NCBI GenBank assembly: GCA_951406725.2
Contig: OX597825.1
Span: forward strand, 70,060,001 to 70,124,000
Source: Octopus vulgaris
Taxonomy: Eukaryota
DNA length: 64,000 nt
Reading direction: 5' to 3'
The notes under the pieces are model-generated. The model saw nothing but the letters and a program-made list of their open reading frames with translations, searched no databases and had not been told where the DNA came from. The position numbers and the translations under genes were made by a program. Below are positions 25,890 to 41,409 of the stretch, in pieces. Position 1 is the stretch's first letter, and each line of letters starts with the position of its first letter.

Positions 25890-26773
25890 CCGAATAATTG
25901 TCACATATTATATTTACAGATAAATTCCTCTATTTACATAATATCGAGGTCCCTTTGATTCTTTTGTTGTCTTGCCATTTCTATCAATATATATATATAT
26001 ATATATGAAGACATTTGTCCAAGGTGCCATACAGTGGGACAAAACCCAGAACCATGTGGTTGGGAAGCAAGTTTCTTACTACACAGGCACACCTATAAAG
26101 AGTGATGAAATGTAATTAGCAATTTTAATTTCTGTTATATACTAGCATCATACGCAGATTGTAGTTTGCATAATTAACAAATTTGTTTTGTTTAACTAAC
26201 TTTATAATAGATTATTATACCAATACTTTTCAGTAAATTATCAATTATATCCGTAATTAATCATTACAGTTTCACTGTTAAAGTATTAATGAATGTATTA
26301 CATTTTTACGAAACCTAATTTACATTTATATCACCTGTATGAAAGAAACGTTATACAACGTAATTAATTTCATTACATTTGTGATAATTTTGTGAAACCT
26401 AATAAATTTATTCTTTCCAATTATAAATATCTTCCTTTTTAATCTGTTAGAATTAATTTTTAAACCTCCATCATAACATTCCACCATTCTAAAAAAAAAC
26501 AACACTAATTTCTTTAGTTAACTCCATCTTTTATCTCTCTCCTTTTTATAATGCAACGTTCGCCATTTTCTTAAATCTGTTTTTTTTTTCCTTCCAAATT
26601 CAATGCAGTTTTCTTCTTGACACATGTATAGAAACACACATGCACGCATACGCATTCGCGTATGTGTAGTTGAGTGTGTGTGTGTGTGGTCCATTAAATC
26701 TCATAAAAACTATATATATGTACATATATGTGTGTGTGTATGTGTGTGTGTGTGATGCACGTGTGTGTGTATG

Positions 26774-26821
<48 letters not shown>

Positions 26822-27014
26822 TATGTGTATGTAAGCGCAGAAATGGGTATATGGTAAGACGCTTGCCTCCAGACTACATGGTTCCGGTTCAGTCCTACTG
26901 CCTGGTAACTTGAGAAGTGTCTTGTACCGTAGACCCGGGCCGACCACACCCTTGGTCAGCGGATCTGACAGAAGAAAAATGAAAGAAAATCGTCGTATAC
27001 AGATGTATGTGCTC

Positions 27015-27061
<47 letters not shown>

Positions 27062-28007
27062 TGTGTGTTTGTCTTTGTGGTTGTGTTTGCTCCCCGGATG
27101 TCGATTCCTCAATTTTATAGACTTCGAAATAATAGGCACCGTTGTCTTTGGCAAAATTTGAAATCTGAAAACAAAGATGCATAACTCTGCACCATTACAC
27201 GCAAGAAATTCTGGCAATCTTCTACCCAAACAATGCCTCCATATTAGCACAGGCTCACATCTTTACCGTTTCTGTGTGGAAATCTTTAAACGGCATCTCC
27301 TTTATGACTTTAAATATCAATATAAATACATTATTATTTACCGTTCTTATTTAGTAATTTTCCCTTATAAATCGGCAACTTAGATCGTATTAAATTATAA
27401 CATTGCTGGGTTGTTGTCGCTTATTTTTTATGAGTTACGCGTTTTCATATATTGCACAATTCTGCTTATATGATGCCATGATTTCAATTTTATATTTTGC
27501 TATTTAACTATATATTCTATACAAATCTCTTTTTTTCTATTGAAGCTTTCTATTTACATTTAGCTGTAGAACTACTAAAGTTTTTAGAATATAATAATAA
27601 ATATCTAATAAAGTAATTCTTAATAACAACTGTAAACTGTAAAATTTCCTTAAGCTGAAGAGATATAACATTTTCGTTTTGTACATTTTGTCTTCAAATT
27701 TTATTTTATTCGCTAAGTAGTTTCATATCTTTCAAATATATGTAATAAATCTGCTTTTATTTTTGAAGAATAATTGAATCAATTTTAGTGAATGGACTTC
27801 GAATTATGTGCCAAAAATCGACCAAGTATATAATTAAATTTGCTAAATATCTAAGCTAAATATCTAATCCTAGCTGCCGAACGATATTTGAGTTGGAAAA
27901 ATAGAAAGAGTCTTTATGAACAAAATACATAACCCTTTCAACTTCATCAATATTGATTTTTTTTACGTCGGTAAAAGATCACATATACATACAGACAGAC
28001 AGGCAAT

Positions 28008-28168
<161 letters not shown>

Positions 28169-28664
28169 CGGAGAGTTAATTATATTAATGATTTTATTTT
28201 TGTGTTATCAACCCTTGAGAGATGAAAGTTAAAATACCACCCTGATTGTAGAAAATAACATAAAAATTTAGTTTGGTAAATGAATGAGTATACGCAAAAA
28301 TGAATTAAAAGTATACTTACCGAGCACAAATCAAAATATCTCAATACATATATCATTATATGCAATGGAAAAGGTTTCTATTCAAATGAAAAACAAACCA
28401 TGTCTCAAATAATCCGTTACATTTATACAATAAGCAACGGTTATTCAAGACCCACCTTATTGGTTTTTTATGCTATTGTATAATTTAATATAGAAGGCAG
28501 GAAAAATTCTAGCATTTGCTTTTGAACATCATGAAATGATTAAGCGATAATTTAAATGTAAATAACGTTTTTAAAAGACTCCAAGCGCATTTTCAACTTC
28601 TTTTCATATTTCTATTCATGATTACTTGCATATATATGTATGTATGTATATATATATATATATA

Positions 28665-28705
<41 letters not shown>

Positions 28706-29192
28706 AGGTATGTATTTGTATGTATTATGCATATGTGTGTGTGGATGTATGGTATATATGTATATATATCTTCGTATACGTGTATGGATGTATATATCTA
28801 TATGTATGTGAGAGTGTGTGTGAATGGACATAACTTAGTGGTTAGTGTTGCAATCGCGACAGTTAAATTGTGGTTTCGATTCGCAGGCCGACGGTTCATT
28901 CTGTTTTTCAGCAAGACAAAATGCTCCATTCCATTCAATTGTAAATGGGCTGCCAATGGATTGACCTCCTGTTCAGGGAAAATGTTGGACTGTTGGCCTA
29001 GCAAGTGAGGTGGAATTATTCAAAGGCTACAACAAACAACAATGCGAGGAAGCGCAATGTGACCACTAGTGTATAGCACCATCCGTTAGCCTAGTCAGTA
29101 CATACATACATCACAATAAATATACATACACACACACACACACATACACACATATATATATACATAATACATATACATACATATATAATATA

Positions 29193-29249
<57 letters not shown>

Positions 29250-29506
29250 TGTATATTAGGGAATGTGATTCCAAACTTACAGGGAAAAATTTAGTAAAAC
29301 TAAATCAAGTTTCACAATATATAATAAATGTATATAAATTAGAGAAGAACGAAACACGTGTAGTTTATTTCTAATTATATACTATTTATTCATTATTTCG
29401 TTCTTTATTAAGTTCTAGGTAAGTGTTTTATAGTATCTTTAATTTTTTCTATACGGTATGATTTAAGTATATCATTGTTGAATTGCTACATGGTGGTTCT
29501 TCTCTA

Positions 29507-29580
<74 letters not shown>

Positions 29581-29699
29581 GGTATGTCCCCTCTAACATA
29601 GCCCCTGGAAGATCAAAGCCTTGTGGGTGAATTTAGTAGACTGAAGCTTGAAGAAGACATTACACGTGATTAACAGGTGTTCAAAAGTGTCATCAAGAT

Positions 29700-30488
29700 A
29701 CTACCTCCCAGCGTTACGTGATGTTCTTGCTAAAACAACCTACACTGCCATTCAGAAAAAAAGACTGTCTTGGAGTAAATATTGAGTCCCCCGCAAATGA
29801 ACGCTTGCACAAACATCAACACCGGGAATAGTGGTGAGACATTCCCATTAAAACATTTGTCAAATGTAAACATAAGAGACTAGATATTGTTGTTTGGGGA
29901 TGACAAGGAAAAATATGTACTGTCATAGGGTTCTGTTGTCTTGCTCTGCTGTTGTGAATATCTCTTCGAAAATCAAAGAGAAATATAATAACTATGGACA
30001 ACTACTTCGAAACCTCCATTTTCTATATCCAGATTATAAAATTTATACCAATAATAATTGGTTTAATTAGTTGCAACATAATTTCTTTTCCTCAACAGAC
30101 CCTGCCCTGTTTAACATTGTACCAAAAGAGATCAAAGAGGAAAAGGATCCCATCACCTTTAAACGGAGTCTGGACAGATTTCTTCAAGGAATATCAGATA
30201 AGCCACCCATACCTGGATACAACTCATTCAACAAGAACTCACTACTTGAATGAACCATGAACAAAACTTGACTTAAACAGGATTTAGATAATCCTATCAG
30301 GTGGTGCTATTAAGTTAGACATGGCCTGGACCAATATTTGGTCGAAACATATCTAATGCCAAAATGACAATCTGAGGAATCTACGGTTTTCAGAAAGAGA
30401 AATCAACCATCTAACTCGCACAGTGCAGATGCAATCTGTAAGTTGGACAGTAGATATATACACGACTTTCCTCAAGTTTAAAATGTGA
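29700..30488 (+). pseudogene. Decayed R4/Dong-type (restriction-like endonuclease) LINE 3' part, interrupted by a CR1-like insert
   Basis: YLP..RDVLAK...E*W*DIPIKTFVKCKHKRLDIVVW...KIKEKYNNYGQLLRNL..LYPDYKFIPIIIG, then GFSEREINHLTRTVQMQSVSWTVDIYTTFLKFKM* after the insert; homologous to 60010-60260. Confidence 0.7.
30074..30355 (+). mobile_element. CR1-like LINE 3' end
   Basis: HNFFSSTDPALFNIVPKEIK...FKRSLDRFLQGISDKPPIPGY...NSLLE; short 3'UTR with hairpin GACCAA-tat-TTGGTC. Confidence 0.75.
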
Positions 30489-32666
30489 TATTTTTTTTAC
30501 CAACGATAGAGCTTTTTTATCTTTGTTAGAAACCAACTCCTTTCTGCAAGGAAAAATTTAAATACTTAAAACAAAAGAAAACATACATATGTGTTTGTTA
30601 ATTATTCATGTAAATTGCTTTTATTTCTGATAATCGTTCAACAACTTACATCAATATAGGTCCTTGTCATTGGTGCTCCTAATATTGATGCCACAACTTA
30701 TGTAAATTTCTACACTATAACTAATAGTCACGTCACTGGCACGACGGAAAGCACAAGTAATATTCTTCACTGACATTGATTGATGTAATAGTATTGACCC
30801 TAATGTTGATAATATTTCTGCTATTTTTTCTGCTGTTGACACAGCTGCTCTCTTTCTTATCCTTATTTAGAAGATCGTGAACGCTGAGAGATTTTTTTCT
30901 TGTTTGTCTAACTGCTATTTGTCTTATTAGCTACATCATAATCGATGTTAGTTTAGTTGGTTTGCTAAATCGATTATGAGTGGAACTTTAAAAAAATTTT
31001 TCTTTTATTTTCTCATTTATCTAGCTGTTTGCTCATAATACAGTTTGACTCTGTATCCAAATTTGTATTATGTAACGTAGTTTCCAACATACAAGTCGAA
31101 TTTTTCAGACCAAAATTTACAGCCAAAAAAACAGAAAAGGTAGGTCGACTTATACACCAAAACCTCTTTGGAAGACCAAACATTCTTTGTAAGACCAAAC
31201 ATACCGTTATAAAGCATATTCTCCAATACTGTTATAGTTCCACCAATCCAACACCCAGGACTGATACTTTTTGATCAACTCTCATCAAGAATGCAAACTT
31301 GATTTTAACTCAGTTTGAAATTAGTTTGCAGAGAGAACAGAAATAGTAAGGTAGTCTATTTGATGTTTTAACGGCTCTGCGACAGCACCTATTCACGTGC
31401 CGTTTCTGGGGTTAGTGTGATTGGCTATCTCCCTCCTCTAAGAAAATGACTGCTCTTGAGTCAAGATTTGAAACCTTTGAGAAGATTTAGCTGCCATATT
31501 TTTAACATATACACTCTCTACATAGAGGTGCCTTTATCGGTTTAAATAACGAGTAACTTCATTTACAAGAAATACATTCATTCAAAAGCATGAATCAAAT
31601 TTTAAAAGATTTTGAATTTTTGCTTTTTAAGAATTTTGTTTTATTTTAATACATTAGATATCACAGAAAGTTCGGTTCGGTGTTTTGTTATCGACAGACA
31701 CAGACACTCAATGCTTTAATGATAATGATGTACAAAATCTTTGCTCCACACAAACGTCTACAGATGGGGCAAACCACTTCCTATCGGAAATGTAGACGTG
31801 ACAATTAAGTTAGCTGAAGAAAATTCCAACGAGTTGCTAGTTGTTCTACGTTTACATTTACATTATGTTCGCAAAGATTGGATTAATGGCCTGCATTGAA
31901 TGCAGTGTCTATGTGGGTGAGTAAATAATGTTAAAGTCATTCTAGACACGTGTACAAGAAACGTTCCTATTAACACTCCGAATAATAATATTGTGTGTCA
32001 GTCTATTTGATTCGGTACGTGTTTTATCGCCTTTAAACAGGAGAGCGCCTTTCTTCTTGATTCTTTTGTTTTATTTATTTATATATATATTTTTTCTTTT
32101 TTCCTTATCTCGAATCTCATCAAGATTCATGAATACGAAGAAGAAATAAGAAAAAGAAAACCAGATGTTATGTTATAAATTGCTGCAAATAACGCAAACT
32201 TTCAATTACATTCAACTAAACTGATCTTAAAACCTAAATATACGACTGCCAGATTTATGAATGAAACGTAGCTGGAATTTGAATAGTGCCATTGTTATCA
32301 GAACAGACCTCTGCAATCTAAAGTCTTTGATGTGTCTGTATCATCGCGGAGATATGCGTGTGTTAACTTAATGAAGTTATTTTAGATACGATAATATCTA
32401 TTAAATATCTTAGAATTAGGCCAGCTTTTGGCGTCAGATAAATATCTTCGTAATAATGATTTCTAACAATAGCACAAAGCCATGAATTTTGAGGGAAAAC
32501 TTGTAGAATTTATTGACGTCGGTGGGATTTGGTCGCAGAATATATAGAGTAAATAATAATAATGGTTTCAAGTTTAGTACAAGGCCAGCAACTTCGGGCC
32601 AAGGAGTTAGTCGATTACATTGACCCCATTACTCATCTGGTACTAATTATTATTATTATTATTATT

Positions 32667-32830
32667 ATTCAATAGTTTTATTTTTATAGTGTGCTTTCAC
32701 TTCACTACCGAGCGCAGCTCTGTGTGCCTTAGGTATGTGCTGTGATTTGTTGTGATGCTCTGATGGTTATTGTATGGAAAGTGTTCTGCGTAGGATGTGT
32801 GCAGTGCCTAGTTGTGCAATTTTCTGTATG

Positions 32831-32833
<3 letters not shown>
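32667..32833 (-). mobile_element. Dong/R4 LINE extreme 3' end in (TAA)n
   Basis: NIQKIAQLGTAHILRRTLSIQ* plus a 3'UTR closely matching 33320-33485; (TAA)n on both sides. Confidence 0.85.
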
Positions 32834-32910
<77 letters not shown>

Positions 32911-33027
32911 CATCATTATTATTATCATCATTATCATTATTATTATCATTATTATTATCATCATTATTATTATTATTATTATCATTATTATTATTACTAT
33001 TATCATCATCATCATTATTATTATTAG

Positions 33028-33237
33028 GGCGGCGAGCTGGCAGAATCGGTAGCGCGCCAGGCAAAATAATTAGCGGCATTTCGTCCGCCTCTAAGTTCTG
33101 AGTTCAAATTCCTCCAAGGTCGACTTTGCCTTTTATCCTTTCGGGGTCGATAAATTAAGTATCAGTGAAACACTGAGGTCGATGTAATCGACTAGTCCCC
33201 TCCCCCACATTTCACTTGTGCCTCTTGTGGAAAGGAT
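33028..33237 (+). mobile_element. SINE family B within (TAA)n
   Basis: Full head and core. Confidence 0.88.
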
Positions 33238-33245
33238 TATTATTA

Positions 33246-33319
<74 letters not shown>

Positions 33320-33903
33320 ATTCAGTAGTTTTATTTTTATAGCGTGCTTTCACTTCACTACCGAACGCAGCTCTGTGTGCCTTGGGTATGTGCTGTGATT
33401 TGTTGTGATGCTCTGATGGTTATTGTATGGAAATTGTTCTGCGTAGGATGTGTGCAGTGCCTAGTAGTGCAATTTTCTGTATGTTATATGTGTAAGTCCT
33501 GGTGTTTTTGCTATGTATTTGTCTGAATATTTTTTATCATGCCTAATGCACCTACTATGATAGGAACTATTTCTGTTTTTAGATTCCACATTCTGGTTAC
33601 CTCTATTTCCAGGTCTTTGTATTTTGAGAGTCTCTCCATTTCTTTTAGAGACACGCTGTCATCTGCCGGTATTGATACATCAATTAAAAAGCATTTTTTT
33701 CTTCATGATCTCTGACAACTATATCTGGTCTGTTGGCCTTAAATTTCTCTATCTGTGTGTATCGGCATATCCCAGAGTATGGTTGCTTTCTCGTTTTCTG
33801 TGACCTTTTCTGGTGTGTGCCTATACCATCTTTTTTCTGTTGTTATTCCATAATGTTGGCATAGCTTCCAATGTATGTAGGTTCCAACTCTGCCATGTCT
33901 GTG
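33320..33903 (-). mobile_element. Dong/R4 LINE 3' fragment (RLE domain, frameshifted)
   Basis: RHGRVGTYIHWKLC...ILWDMPIHTDREI/KANRPDIVV.../CFLIDVSIPAD...KEMERLSKYKDLEIEVTRMW...VPIIVGALG...QKIALLGTAHILRR (PD-D/ExK endonuclease). Confidence 0.92.
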
Positions 33904-33916
33904 ATTATTATTATTA

Positions 33917-33995
<79 letters not shown>

Positions 33996-33998
33996 TAC

Positions 33999-34034
<36 letters not shown>

Positions 34035-34057
34035 CATTATTATTATCATTATTATTA

Positions 34058-34121
<64 letters not shown>

Positions 34122-34195
34122 TATTATTATTACTATTACTATTATTATTATTATTATTATCATTATTATTATCATTATTATTATCATTATTATTA

Positions 34196-34242
<47 letters not shown>
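33904..34242. repeat. Long (ATT)n microsatellite
   Basis: Direct reading; source of the poly-N/I/Y ORFs. Confidence 0.95.
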
Positions 34243-34244
<2 letters not shown>

Positions 34245-34537
34245 TTGAGAGAGCAGCGCATACAATCAAAGTGACACTGGTGTACAAACATGCGAAGCCT
34301 AATACACCCATCAAGACTACCCGTCTGATAAGGGTACACCAGGCACATGCATCACAACCATATGTGAGCGACACGGTGGTCTCATATCAAGTACGTAGTA
34401 GGCGGTCAGAGATAGTCGTGTCATTACTGGTTTTAATAAGTATAATGTATACCGATGTGGACGTTATAATAATCCAACGTTTTAAGGATTATAACATATA
34501 TGTGTGTGTGCGTGTGTGTGAGGATGTATATATATAT

Positions 34538-34626
<89 letters not shown>

Positions 34627-34993
34627 TGCATACATATATGTTTATGTGCGTATATCCATATATATCGCCACCTTACCTCGTTTTAGCTTAGCACTGCTTG
34701 TTTTCACTGTCCTGTTTTTGTAACCAACTTTGACCCTCTGCAAGTCCCAAATTTTATATAATTTGCTTTGCGGGAGCAACTATTTTGACGAAGGCGCATC
34801 GCTTCGTAATTGTTCGAAGTGCGTAGTAGATAAAACAGCCGACAACTGATGAAGGGTCATTGTTTATGTTACTTGTCTTGCTTTCCATTTGTTGCTTTCG
34901 TTGTTCGCAAAGAAATTCCGTATTCCATGTTTTCGTATTTCGTATTTCGTGTTGTTTACATTCTATAACGTCCTCTACCCATATATGCATAAG

Positions 34994-35058
<65 letters not shown>

Positions 35059-35197
35059 GTATGTACATATATATATATATTATTTATATTATATACACAT
35101 ATATATATATATACATACATATAAGTATATATAACTCTCCCTATAAGTATGTGTGTGTACATTCATATATATGTAGATATAAATGTGTATATATATT

Positions 35198-35254
<57 letters not shown>

Positions 35255-35255
35255 C

Positions 35256-35287
<32 letters not shown>

Positions 35288-36125
35288 GGATATATACACA
35301 TACACACACATACATGCATATATATATGGTGGTTTGTTATGGCGTACAGATTTAATATATTAATATAAGTATTTCACAATTTGGATTAATACAATTTATT
35401 GAGCGCTTTCAACGACTTCAGTTATTCGTCATGAACTGAGGACTGTTGAAAATTTGTCCTTATAAATATGTTAGTCGAAATACGTCAAGAGTTGAATATG
35501 TTTTCTTAGATTTTAGGAAATGGATGTTTGGGAGCGGTTGTTGAGATGTTCTTTGTCATTTCTATATATGTGTGTATGTGGTGAATTTTTAACCAAAGCA
35601 TGTATGAGGTTTTTTGTGGTGAAAAAAAACTGAATAAAGCGGTACTATCTGCGATGGTTGATTTGATGACAGGTCAAAAGAGGTCAAACTTTTTATCATT
35701 TGCAATAAATTGTTGCTTTTAGTTATTGAATAGCTGACAGGATTTTGGTAAGATGCTCAGTGGTTGCTTAGCTATAGAATTCACCACGAACTCATAACAT
35801 TTAGAAATTCACCATAAAGATACACGCACATATATATTCCACATACGCACATATAGATTCAAGATGACAAGGAACATATCAAATATGCGCTCTGAAACAT
35901 ACTTTATCCCAAACCCAAGAAAACAAATTGAACTCTTGACTTTCTTCACCTAACTCCCATATATATCAGAAAGAAAAATTTTCAACACTCTACAAATTTA
36001 TGACGTTTTCCTGCAAAGGGGAGAAAGCGGTCAATAAATTGTATATATACAAATTCTAACTACTTTGCACTTTTAATAATGCATGCATGTATGTTTGTGT
36101 ATAAATATGTATGTATAAATATATA

Positions 36126-36222
<97 letters not shown>

Positions 36223-36231
36223 GTGTGTGTA

Positions 36232-36264
<33 letters not shown>

Positions 36265-36307
36265 GTTTATGTATATATGTATATAAATATATATATATAT
36301 GTATTAT

Positions 36308-36471
36308 AGGCGTCTGTATGGCTGTGTGGTAAGTAGTTTACTTACGAACCACATAGTTCTGGGTTCAGTCTCACAGTGTGGCACCTTGGGCAAGTGTCTT
36401 CTACGAAAGCCTCGGGCGGACCAAAGCCTTGTGAGTGGATTTGGTAGACGGAAACTGAAAGAAGCCCGTTG

Positions 36472-36558
<87 letters not shown>

Positions 36559-36783
36559 GTGTGTATGTATGTATGTATATACGTTTGTGTGTCTGTTTTT
36601 GTCACCCCAACATCCCTTGACAACCGATGCTGGTAAGTTTATGTCCCCGTAACCTAGCGGTTCGGTAAAAGAGACCGTTAGAATAAGTCCTGGGGTCGAT
36701 TTGCTCGACTAAAGGCGGTGCTCCATCATGGCCACAGTCAAAAGACTGAAACAAGTAAAAGAGTAAAAGAGAGTAAAAAGAGA

Positions 36784-36785
<2 letters not shown>
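36308..36785 (+). mobile_element. SINE family A
   Basis: Head, body, long (TG)n and tail. Confidence 0.9.
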
Positions 36786-36820
<35 letters not shown>

Positions 36821-37056
36821 TTAATCCAAACGGGAAAACAGAAAAAACAACAACACGTGGAACAATTAAAGTATTATTATTAGGCGCTCAGGAAAAAGGG
36901 AAGAAGGAGGGTATGACGTTTCGAGCGGAGCTCTTCGTCGGAAACATAAGAGAAGGAAGAAAGATCCCGAGGTGGGCGAACGGAGGGAAAAAAAACGCGA
37001 CTGGTTTTTACGAAGTAAACATGCTGAAAGGCCAGAAGTTTTGGATAACAGGGGCT

Positions 37057-37199
<143 letters not shown>

Positions 37200-37846
37200 G
37201 TATATGTGTGTTTATATGTATATACACAGCTATACACCTACCTACATATATATATTTACGTACCTACCTATCTACATGTATACATATATGCATACATACA
37301 TACGAACAACAATACTCTGTTGTTGATGTTAAAATTCCAATGAAGGGACTTTGGATCTCGGTTAAAAGCCCGGGTCTTTCTCAATTGGCGAGGAATCTTG
37401 AAATAAATTGAATAATGACATATATACATGCATGTGTACATATGATTGATATAAAATATGGATTTAGAGAACCCAGCAGCTATCAAGGAAATCTCCTCTT
37501 TCCAAACTCGGTTAAAAATCTAATAATCCATATTGATAACATTCAATTACAAAATAATGTAATGTGGAGTGTTCCTGTAACTGAAATTCTTGATAACCCG
37601 ATCGATGAAGTTCGAGAGAGAGAGAGAGGGACAGGCTGACAGGCAGGCTGACAGCTGAACCTTTGTCAGTCTATCAATGATGTTCCGGTGATTAGATATT
37701 ATTGCTGCTGGATCAAACAACCAAGTAGTGGCTTCTTTGCCTTTTCTCCAAGGTATTCATTGACTCAATATACAGAGGGAAGACATAGACAATACAATGG
37801 ACGCGAGTATATGACTGGCACTTATTTGAATTCACAACATAGATAG

Positions 37847-37896
<50 letters not shown>

Positions 37897-37996
37897 ACAG
37901 ACAGACAAGCAAACAGAAAATAGAAAGTTAGAATCGGAAATCATGTGAATGGGAAGCAAACAGCCATTCCCTATATAACACACACATGCACACACA

Positions 37997-38031
<35 letters not shown>

Positions 38032-38359
38032 CACACACACACATACATACATACTATACATACATACATACATACATACATACATACATACATACATACA
38101 TACATACATACATACATGGAGAATTCACAAAAAAATAATCGAAGACAGGTGGTGTAGACAACAAACAGATGTATTAGTTCAACGTTCGGGAAGTGGAAAA
38201 GTCTTTAACGTTTCGAGCCTACGCTCTTTCACAGAAAGGAACACAGAAAGAATCAAGGAGAGAAGATATTTGCCTTTAGCAGTCGAAATATGAGACAATC
38301 ATATTTCAACTAACCTAAATTGGGATTATACGTAAACACTGCTTAGCGTCATTACTCAG

Positions 38360-38414
<55 letters not shown>

Positions 38415-38690
38415 TTTGTCACATATATCGTCTGCTAAAGGCAAATGTACTGAAGTTACCGTGGACTAAAAAATTTCTTTTGATAAAAAGGTGTGATAAA
38501 ACCCCGTTCGTTCAGTGTCACCTTCTCTCAGGAATCTCAGACATCGATGTCTCGAGTTTATGTGACTGAGAATCCCGAGAGACGGCGACACTGAACGAAC
38601 GCGGTATTTTCACACTTTTTACCATAGGAGAGATTTTTCTCCACAGTAACTGCAGTGTACTCGCATTTAGCAATCGAAATATGTGACAAA
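38415..38690. mobile_element. MITE-like element with ~60-bp imperfect TIRs
   Basis: 'tttgtcacatatatcgtctgctaaaggcaaatgtactgaagttaccgtgga' versus the reverse complement ending 'gcaatcgaaatatgtgacaaa'; a third TIR-like copy lies at ~38267-38320. Confidence 0.55.
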
Positions 38691-38720
38691 CATATTTCAA
38701 CTAATCAAAATTGTGAATAC

Positions 38721-38768
<48 letters not shown>

Positions 38769-38884
38769 GTGTCTACGTATATTGCATTTAATTTTTGGTT
38801 ATATGTATTGTCTATATATTTATATACATTTGTACGTTTCCGTTTGATAGGTTAATGGTAAGTTATTTGGATGTGTGGTATCTA

Positions 38885-39241
38885 ATAATCCTTTCTACTA
38901 TAGGTACCGAGCTTAAGTAGATTACATCGACCGCAGTGCGTAACTGGTATTTAATTTATCGACCTCGAAAGGATGAAAGGTAAAGTCGACCCTGGCGGAA
39001 ATTGAACCAGAACGTAAAGACACGGCAAAATACCTATTTCGTTACTACCCACAAGGGGCCAAACACAGAGAAGGGGAAAACAAGGACAGACAAACGGATT
39101 AAGTCGATTACATCGACCCCAGTGCGTAACTGGTACTTATTTAATCGACCCCGAAAGGATGAAAGGCAAAGTCGTAGCGGCTGACGAAATACGGATACAC
39201 ATTTCGCCCGGCGTGCTAACGTTTCTGCCAGCTCGCTGCCT
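38885..39241 (-). mobile_element. SINE family B with internal duplication
   Basis: Two 'cagtgcgtaactggta...atcgacc..gaaaggatgaaagg' modules. Confidence 0.85.
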
Positions 39242-39325
39242 TATGTGTGGTATATAATAATAAGGTTTGTAAATGCGAGCGTTTGTTTATGTAAATTAGC
39301 TCGATAGACAGACAGACACACATGC

Positions 39326-39457
<132 letters not shown>

Positions 39458-39784
39458 TGATTGATTGATTGACAGATATATACATACATACATAAATATA
39501 TACATACATACGCACATACATACATACATACATACATACATACATACATACATACATACATACATACATACATACATACATACATACATACATACATACG
39601 TACAGACGGATATACATGGACATACAAATACATATGCATAGACACAGATACGTACACTCGCACACATATATTCATAAATGTTGATATACATATATGCGTA
39701 AATAAGTTTATGTGAATGTAAGTAGATACATAAATGTGTGTGCACGTGTGTGTATGTGTGCGAGTGTGTGTGTGTGTGTGTGTT

Positions 39785-39841
<57 letters not shown>

Positions 39842-40162
39842 AATATTTACACGAACAAGAAGCGCTAAGCAGCGGCATATATAAATATAAACTTGTTATC
39901 AGTTCAAGTATTCTTGAAACACATTCGAAACCGTAAGATAGTCATTCACTGTATTTTGTCATGGAGAAAATTTCCAGACGTAGACAAATACGTGTAAATA
40001 CATCAAGTCATTTAGAAACACTCCTCTGGCCTGAGTGATGAGCTGGTGATAACTTTATATATACATACATACATACATACATACATACATACATACATAC
40101 ATACATACATAATACATACATACATACATACATACACATATATATATAAAGTTAATCCAATA

Positions 40163-40198
<36 letters not shown>

Positions 40199-40236
40199 TG
40201 TATATATATAGCAATATAACTACGTACATAACTGTG

Positions 40237-40268
<32 letters not shown>

Positions 40269-41121
40269 TGCAAGCATGTGTGTGTGTGAGCAGACAAAGT
40301 ATTACATTATCAAATCAGCTTAATAGATACTATACTGGAGAGGAAGTTTGGAAAGAAAATATCACCGCCATGTTTTATGTACTTGTATGTATGTGTTTGT
40401 TTCTATGTGTCTATATGTCATGTATGTGTGTGTGCGTGTGCATGAGAGAGAGAGAGAGAGATACTAAAGCTCATTGCACCTAGAATATTAATCACCAACA
40501 TCAGGACGAACCTCATTTCACAGCACATCCCTGATCTTCTACCACCACCACCACCACTTCCAACAACAACAACAAGTACCCCAAGATGACATTAATATTG
40601 AATGGCGATATGTCTTATACAGCTGAGAATTGGAATTACCATTAGGACAAGAGCATTAGAGACTACGACTATTAACGGTCTGCTGTGTTACACAAGAAAA
40701 ACGGAGTAGAGAGGCAATTCCAATGTTCACACAGCGTTAAAGATAATAGAACTTTCTAAGAAGTTCTACCACAAAAACAACAACACCAACAGCGCCACCG
40801 GCAACAATAAAAATGATAACAAAAGTAACTATAAAAGAAGACAAACAGATAGCAAACAAATATAGCAATTGGTAAGTCAAAATATACATATATAAATATA
40901 TAGGATAAATAATACATGAAGCAGTCAATCAGAACACTGTGTTGATATATGTCCAAAAGACGGTCTCTTTAGTGTTCAACAGGTTATAAGTAAAAGCATG
41001 AGATCAACCGATTCATCCAATGTAAGTACGTCTAGGTCTGTGCTACTGTCTTCATGTACGTATATGGATGCATATTTATATATACTCATATGTATATGTA
41101 TATATGTATATATGTATATAT

Positions 41122-41165
<44 letters not shown>

Positions 41166-41282
41166 ACATATGTATATATACAAATATATACTTACATACA
41201 AACATACCTACATACATGGGTATATATATATATACATATGTATATGCATACATACATCCTTATATATATATATGTGACTGTG

Positions 41283-41409
<127 letters not shown>

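Noticed and set aside
30651-30842. Possible hAT dimerisation-domain remnant (VPVT...RST)
   Set aside because: Requires several frameshifts; not supportable without a search
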